Assembly: GCA_022449785.1 (NCBI GenBank)
Contig: JAKURQ010000004.1
Coordinates: 1-48,660 of the forward strand
Length of the DNA stretch: 48,660 nucleotides
Source: Candidatus Poseidoniia archaeon
GTDB taxonomy: Archaea; Thermoplasmatota; Poseidoniia; MGIII; CG-Epi1
Reading direction: 5' to 3'
Made by a program: the position numbers and the translations under genes
In this document: positions 44,243 to 48,660 of the stretch, in pieces
Numbering within the stretch: the first letter of the stretch is position 1
Layout: the number at the start of each line of letters is the position of its first letter
Notes under the pieces: model-generated
The model's input: only the letters and a program-made list of their open reading frames with translations
Database searches by the model: none
What the model was told of the DNA's origin: nothing

Positions 44243-46623
44243 TTCAATTTAATAACTTTGAAAGTATTCGGACCTACACTGACTTCATCACCCTCTTTAC
44301 TTCCTTCTAATGCTTTTGCAATAGGATTTGTTAAGGGTAATTTTCCTGTTTTTGGGTCTGCTTCATCTGGGTTAACAAGTTGAAAATTATGTTCCGTTTC
44401 TTTTGCAAGATTCTTAACAATTACGCTTGAACCTATTGCTGCAACTGCTCCGACTTCTCCTTCTTGTTTTGTTTCTTCTTCTTTCTCAGAAACTGCCGCA
44501 TCAATTGAGCCTAAGCGTGCTTCCTTAATTTTTTCTTCTAAATCTTGGTTTTGTTCTGATAATTTGTCGGCTTCTTCCTTCATTTCACTGGCTTGTTCTT
44601 TGGCCTTCGGAGTCTCTATTTCCATGGCCTTTATTTTTCTTTCAGTATCCTCTTCACTACCAATGGTTGTGCTCTGCAAGAATTCCAAATCTTCCTTAAG
44701 TTTTTCATGTTCAGTTCGCTCAGCTTCTAGTAATCTTTCAGCTTTATTTCGATCATCTACTGCAATGTTTAGTTCATCTTTAGCAGTATCAAATTGTTTT
44801 TTCAGACTTTCCATTACCTTACTAACTTGTTTGGAAGCATTTTCAAGAGTTTCCAATTCCTTTTGAGTTTTTCTTTTACGCGTTGTCTCTTGTTTTAGGT
44901 CATCATCTATGCCCTTGTTGGTATCCTCTTGCTCCTTTACTTGTTCTTGTAATTCTTTGAGAGAATCCGTAAGTTCAACTATCTCACCTTCTTTAGATCG
45001 GTATTTCTCAGTTTCTTGTTGTAATTCAACTATAGTTTCTCTTTCTAAATCCAACTCACTTAAAGTTACTGAGGCTTTTTCACGTGCATTGGCTAAGTCT
45101 TTTTTAGCTTTTTCTAAGCCAGTTGTAAGTGTCGTAAATTTATCGTTAAGTCGTTTTTTGTTTTTCTCCATAAGTTTTACCTCTTGATCTAAATCTTTTC
45201 TTCTTTTTGCAGCCTCTTTTCTTTCAGTATCTGCAGATTTCTCTCTTTCATTTGCTTCAAGTGTCTGTTGTTCATATTCCATTATTTCTTTTTCAAGATT
45301 ATTCTTTTCTTCTACAGTTTTATCATATGCTGCTTTTACAGAATCATACGATTCTAATGCATTGATTGTGTCTGGTTTTTCAATCTTTAATTTCTTTTCA
45401 GCTTTAATTGCTCTTTCTTCAGCCTCTTCACTCATTTTCCTAAGAGAACTTATTTCTCTTGTCATTCTGTCACTGAGCCTCATATCATTCTCATGTTTGT
45501 CTCTTAGGTCATCAATCTCCTTCTCAAGATTTGTTTTAGCGGCCAAGTCATCATTCAGTTCTTTCTCAGCCATTCTGGCTCTTTTTTCCACTTCAGAGGT
45601 AGCGACCCTTGCAGTTTTCAATTTACTATCTAAAGAGTTGTTTAGTGTTTCTACACTTTGGTTTAATGCAGTTAAACGGTCTAACTCATTATCTAAATCC
45701 TCAATACCTTGATAATCTATTTCATCAGCAGCATTTCGGACTTCTTCTATTCTTCTCTCCGCATCCTTAAGCTTTTGTTCCGTATCTTCAAATTCTTGTA
45801 GTAACTCTTTATTTTTCTCAATCTCACCGTCTTGTATTTTTTGTTGGCGATCAATTAAATCCTGCTTTTTTAGTATAGCTTGCCATTCTTCATCTATACT
45901 TCCTAGGATGTAAAGAGTTCCTCCTCCAGTTGCTAATGAAGTTAATACAACAACAAAGAAACCAATACCTGGTGACCAATTCACTGGATTCATACGAGCA
46001 CTAAGTAAATCAGCTTCACCTTGGTTTGGAGAATTAATGTATTCTAAGCAAGCATCTCCGCCGTAGAATGTGAGAACTTCCGTGATACACCCCAAGACTT
46101 TACCTTCTCCTAGTTCACTGTTCACTGAAGCTTCATCTCGAACTAATGCTTCAGTCCATCCCATGTAGAACATTGTAGCCGTAAGCAGTCCAACAATAAC
46201 CACTAATATTGCTGAATATTTTAAATTAGTAAGAGACTTTCTCAGATTCTTAGCATGCAAATTTTTGATTGACTCTCTAGCCATATATGCTACACCCAAT
46301 GCTAAAACTGCAGTAGCATAGGCTAATCGAGTTATATTTTGGAAAACTTTTGATTTTTCAATACAAGAGTTACAATTTGCACTAGCATAATTTTCTTTGG
46401 ATGTTTCACCATTCTCATAATAGGTGTAATGACTTGTATAATAACTGTATTCAAATTGTGTAGTCTTAGTTCCATTTTCAGGTTTTCCAGGTTCTAATAT
46501 TTCCTCTTTCATTCCCGAAACTTCGAACCATTCTCCATATTCACCACTATTGTGTACTGATAAAATAATTAGAAGAAATGTAGTGATGGCTACCGCTTGT
46601 ATTTGCTGAAGTTCTTCTTTCAT
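44239..46623 (-). CDS. membrane-anchored long coiled-coil protein with C-terminal GreA/GreB-C-like domain
   Basis: 794 aa. The first ~245 aa contain four hydrophobic helices with Cys-containing outward loops and a basic inward loop. About 480 aa of heptad-rich E/K/L sequence follow. The last 64 aa (SSVIVKNL...FQLVNPDEADPKTGKLPLTNPIAKALEGSKEGDEVSVGPNTFKVIKLN) align by eye with the E. coli GreA C-terminal domain (..[36 protein letters not shown]...FEVIKVE). Confidence 0.8.
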   Translation of the reverse strand: MKEELQQIQAVAITTFLLIILSVHNSGEYGEWFEVSGMKEEILEPGKPENGTKTTQFEYSYYTSHYTYYENGETSKENYASANCNSCIEKSKVFQNITRLAYATAVLALGVAYMARESIKNLHAKNLRKSLTNLKYSAILVVIVGLLTATMFYMGWTEALVRDEASVNSELGEGKVLGCITEVLTFYGGDACLEYINSPNQGEADLLSARMNPVNWSPGIGFFVVVLTSLATGGGTLYILGSIDEEWQAILKKQDLIDRQQKIQDGEIEKNKELLQEFEDTEQKLKDAERRIEEVRNAADEIDYQGIEDLDNELDRLTALNQSVETLNNSLDSKLKTARVATSEVEKRARMAEKELNDDLAAKTNLEKEIDDLRDKHENDMRLSDRMTREISSLRKMSEEAEERAIKAEKKLKIEKPDTINALESYDSVKAAYDKTVEEKNNLEKEIMEYEQQTLEANEREKSADTERKEAAKRRKDLDQEVKLMEKNKKRLNDKFTTLTTGLEKAKKDLANAREKASVTLSELDLERETIVELQQETEKYRSKEGEIVELTDSLKELQEQVKEQEDTNKGIDDDLKQETTRKRKTQKELETLENASKQVSKVMESLKKQFDTAKDELNIAVDDRNKAERLLEAERTEHEKLKEDLEFLQSTTIGSEEDTERKIKAMEIETPKAKEQASEMKEEADKLSEQNQDLEEKIKEARLGSIDAAVSEKEEETKQEGEVGAVAAIGSSVIVKNLAKETEHNFQLVNPDEADPKTGKLPLTNPIAKALEGSKEGDEVSVGPNTFKVIKLN

Positions 46624-46648
46624 GGAGATTGGTTTTTGCCTGAGCTTC

Positions 46649-46656
46649 TATTTAAA
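46649..46656 (-). promoter_or_regulatory. TATA-box-like element upstream of the coiled-coil/GreA-C gene
   Basis: TTTAAATA on the minus strand is centred about 30 nt upstream of the ATG at 46623. This is consistent with a leaderless or very short-leader archaeal transcript. Confidence 0.3.
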
Positions 46657-46692
46657 GTTTACTTTTTTGCAGCTATAAACTGATTCATTTCC

Positions 46693-46700
46693 TATATATA
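46693..46700 (+). promoter_or_regulatory. TATA-box-like element upstream of the zinc-ribbon membrane protein gene
   Basis: TATATATA followed by T7, about 48 nt upstream of the ATG at 46745. Confidence 0.3.
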
Positions 46701-46744
46701 TTTTTTTCAGATAACATTTTAACCCATCATTCTGTAAACAATTA

Positions 46745-48660
46745 ATGAAAGTCTGTCCAGTTTGCCAATATGAGGAGGAAGATGGCAATGAAGTAGCATG
46801 TGCTATTTGTGGGTCAGACTTAGAATCTGAAGAGGCTCCTGTAGAAGAACCAACTACTGAAGAACCAACTACTAATGAAGAATCTATAGAGGACAAAACG
46901 GCAGAATCGGTAGATGATAATGAATCCGGAGAAGACGTATCAGAGACTGAAGAAACTTCAGAAATGACAGATGAGGAAAAGGAAATTGAGGCGGCTTTAG
47001 CAGGGACAGAAATATCTTCTTCAGATGACTCTGAATCTGGTTTGGACTCAAATAAATATTTATCTATCCTTAGTAATTTTAATGGAATTACAGATAAATT
47101 CATTTCAGCGATGGATGGGGTTTTCAAGAAAAATGGGAAAATAACCTATGCTTCTCCCTTAGCAGCTCTCTTTGTTGCTATTCTAATTTTTTTCAGCGTT
47201 CTCGCGGTAGCTGCAATGACGGTGCCAAGAGGTTTAGAAGTTAATCAAGAGGGAGAGGCAATTTACGTTCAGAATGGCCCTAGTTATGATAGATCTGCAA
47301 CTCCTACTTCTGAACCTTCTAGTGGAGAACCATTCAATTGTGAAATGTGGGATAGGCAAAGGTATATCGACTATAGGGATGAGGAGACCGATAACTTAAT
47401 CACAGATGTTAGGGGTAATAACAGTGGAGAGATTGATGATGAAGAGAGATATGGATGTCCTGTTAATATCACAATGCTTTCAGGTTCATTGATTTTTATT
47501 CTGAATTTAATATTTTTAACTTTAGCATTTTATCTTTACAAAACAATACCAAATACGTCTTTGACATTACCGATGATTATTTTTGGTTCTAGTCAGATTC
47601 TATTGTTCATAGTTTATGGTGGTCTATTGGATAATCTTATTTTTGCGCTTCCATTAACATTTGGTTTTGCTTGTGCAGTTTGTTTGATAGTTTCAGTATC
47701 TTTGTTATTTGGTAAAATCTCATTAGAAAGGCCATTAGATGAACCCGTATCATTGAATTTTTATTTCTTTGTGATTGTTGTAGCACTTCTACTTTCTTCA
47801 GTCTTCCTAAATTATGCCCAAGGACCCTATGCAGTATGCTCAGACCCCTATACTGAGAAACCCACTCCTTATGAACCACTTAATGATTATGGGATGGATG
47901 GAATTATAGGTACAAATGATTTCGGTGAAAATAATGGTTTGTGGGATGAATTTGATTCTTTTGATGATTTTGGAAATGATGGTATTAAAGCTTTTGATAG
48001 AAACAACGATGGATTTTATTCGCCTGAAGAATCGTTTGATGATATTGGGAGAGATGGAAAACTCTCTTTTGATTTAGACAATGATGGAAACTTTAATCCC
48101 TTCAATGAATTTTTTGAGGATTTTGGAAGAGATAGAATAGCAAAAGTAGATTATGATAATGATGGTAATTACACTCATATAAATGATACAGCACCTGATG
48201 AAGATGGTTCTGAAGGAAACGGCGTACTAGACTGGGAGGATGAAAATGGTAATGGAGCATGGGACGATGGTGAAGGTGAGTATTGGGAAGATGAAAATGA
48301 GAATCGAAAATTTGACCCTGTGGAAATAGCTCCTGATGAAGATGGTTCTGAAGGAAATGGTCAATACGATCCGGGAGAACCCTTCAATGACGCTAAAGAA
48401 AATGGTCAATGGGATGAGGCAGAGATTGCCCCAGATGAGGATGACTCGGAAGGAGATGGTACGCGTCAAGAAACAGAAGTTTGGTATGATGATAATGAAA
48501 ATGGAAAATGGGATCCTCCTGAATTCTTCTATGATACAGATGGTGATGGATTATATGATGATAATTATACAAACGAAAAGGCTGATTTTTTATCTAGATT
48601 ATCATCCATGAATAAAGATGAGGTACATGCTTGCCAACTTTTAGAAGTAAATGGTGAAGC
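46745..48660 (+). CDS. zinc-ribbon / 5-TM membrane protein with C-terminal acidic DxDxDG-type (calcium-binding-like) repeats; 3' end outside the window
   Basis: Absent from the supplied track because no stop codon occurs before the window end. I translated it manually from ATG 46745, with an in-frame stop upstream at 46712. The translation begins MKVCPVCQYEEEDGNEVACAICGSDL, followed by an acidic linker. Five hydrophobic helices follow. The remainder is D/N/G/E/F-rich repeats (FDRNNDGFY, DLDNDGNFNP, DYDNDGNY and three APDEDGSEGNG units), open through 48660 (638 codons). Confidence 0.8.
   Translation, partial: MKVCPVCQYEEEDGNEVACAICGSDLESEEAPVEEPTTEEPTTNEESIEDKTAESVDDNESGEDVSETEETSEMTDEEKEIEAALAGTEISSSDDSESGLDSNKYLSILSNFNGITDKFISAMDGVFKKNGKITYASPLAALFVAILIFFSVLAVAAMTVPRGLEVNQEGEAIYVQNGPSYDRSATPTSEPSSGEPFNCEMWDRQRYIDYRDEETDNLITDVRGNNSGEIDDEERYGCPVNITMLSGSLIFILNLIFLTLAFYLYKTIPNTSLTLPMIIFGSSQILLFIVYGGLLDNLIFALPLTFGFACAVCLIVSVSLLFGKISLERPLDEPVSLNFYFFVIVVALLLSSVFLNYAQGPYAVCSDPYTEKPTPYEPLNDYGMDGIIGTNDFGENNGLWDEFDSFDDFGNDGIKAFDRNNDGFYSPEESFDDIGRDGKLSFDLDNDGNFNPFNEFFEDFGRDRIAKVDYDNDGNYTHINDTAPDEDGSEGNGVLDWEDENGNGAWDDGEGEYWEDENENRKFDPVEIAPDEDGSEGNGQYDPGEPFNDAKENGQWDEAEIAPDEDDSEGDGTRQETEVWYDDNENGKWDPPEFFYDTDGDGLYDDNYTNEKADFLSRLSSMNKDEVHACQLLEVNGE
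48191..48460 (+). repeat. three copies of a coding repeat (GCNCCNGATGARGATGRYTCNGAAGGARAYGG; peptide APDED[GD]SEG[ND]G)
   Basis: Copies start at 48191, 48329 and 48428, spaced 138 and 99 nt apart. The first two copies are near-identical at the DNA level over about 30 nt. Confidence 0.75.

Noticed and set aside
44564-45712. Three + strand ORFs (100, 92 and 116 aa) rich in Ser/Phe/Leu.
   Set aside because: They are antisense to the GAA/AAG-rich coiled-coil gene. The complement of Glu/Lys codons gives Phe/Leu/Ser runs, so this is a compositional artefact.
46648-48611. Track ORFs 46648-47127 (-), 47637-47879 (-), 48227-48469 (-) and 48336-48611 (+).
   Set aside because: All lie inside the 638-codon open + strand frame starting at 46745, and are antisense or out of frame to it. 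That frame has clear domain structure. These ORFs' translations are low-complexity (Ser-rich, or Ile/Phe-rich), as expected for shadow frames of an acidic repeat gene.

Overview
The window is AT-rich, very gene-dense and clearly archaeal. The evidence is TFB, Gar1, PCNA, ribosomal protein L10e, proteasome beta subunit plus aCPSF1, a PAC2-type chaperone, SepF, isopentenyl phosphate kinase and an archaeal-type TyrRS. By inference only, the gene content and the large secreted proteins suit a streamlined planktonic euryarchaeote of the Marine Group II/III kind.

Most of the window is housekeeping:
- TCA enzymes: sdhC-like/sdhA/sdhB and sucCD.
- Mevalonate and isoprenoid genes: IPK, class II-like HMG-CoA reductase, and a squalene-synthase-type enzyme.
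- Nucleotide and amino-acid metabolism: purA, dcd, argF, hutU.
- Translation: argS, tyrS, and one tRNA-Cys(GCA).

Many neighbouring genes are joined by 1-4 nt start/stop overlaps (ATGA, GTGA). I saw no rRNA genes, CRISPR arrays, transposases or integrases.

The non-routine content:
1. A divergent gene pair at the right end. One member is a membrane-anchored protein with a ~480-aa coiled coil ending in a GreA/GreB C-terminal-like domain. The other is a long ORF absent from the supplied track because it runs off the window. It encodes an N-terminal zinc ribbon, five TM helices and acidic DxDxDG-type repeats.
2. A 1198-aa surface protein with a single TM helix and a cytoplasmic zinc-ribbon tail.
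3. A ~232-codon ORF with no ATG/GTG/TTG start. It abuts the IPK stop codon in a CTGA overlap, preceded by an SD-like AAGGTGG.
4. A strand-specific GC-rich hairpin with a CACCUCC (anti-SD-like) loop and a T5 tail, in the only large intergenic gap. A 51-codon Cys-rich ORF follows it.

All functional calls come from reading motifs in the translations. No database search was run.
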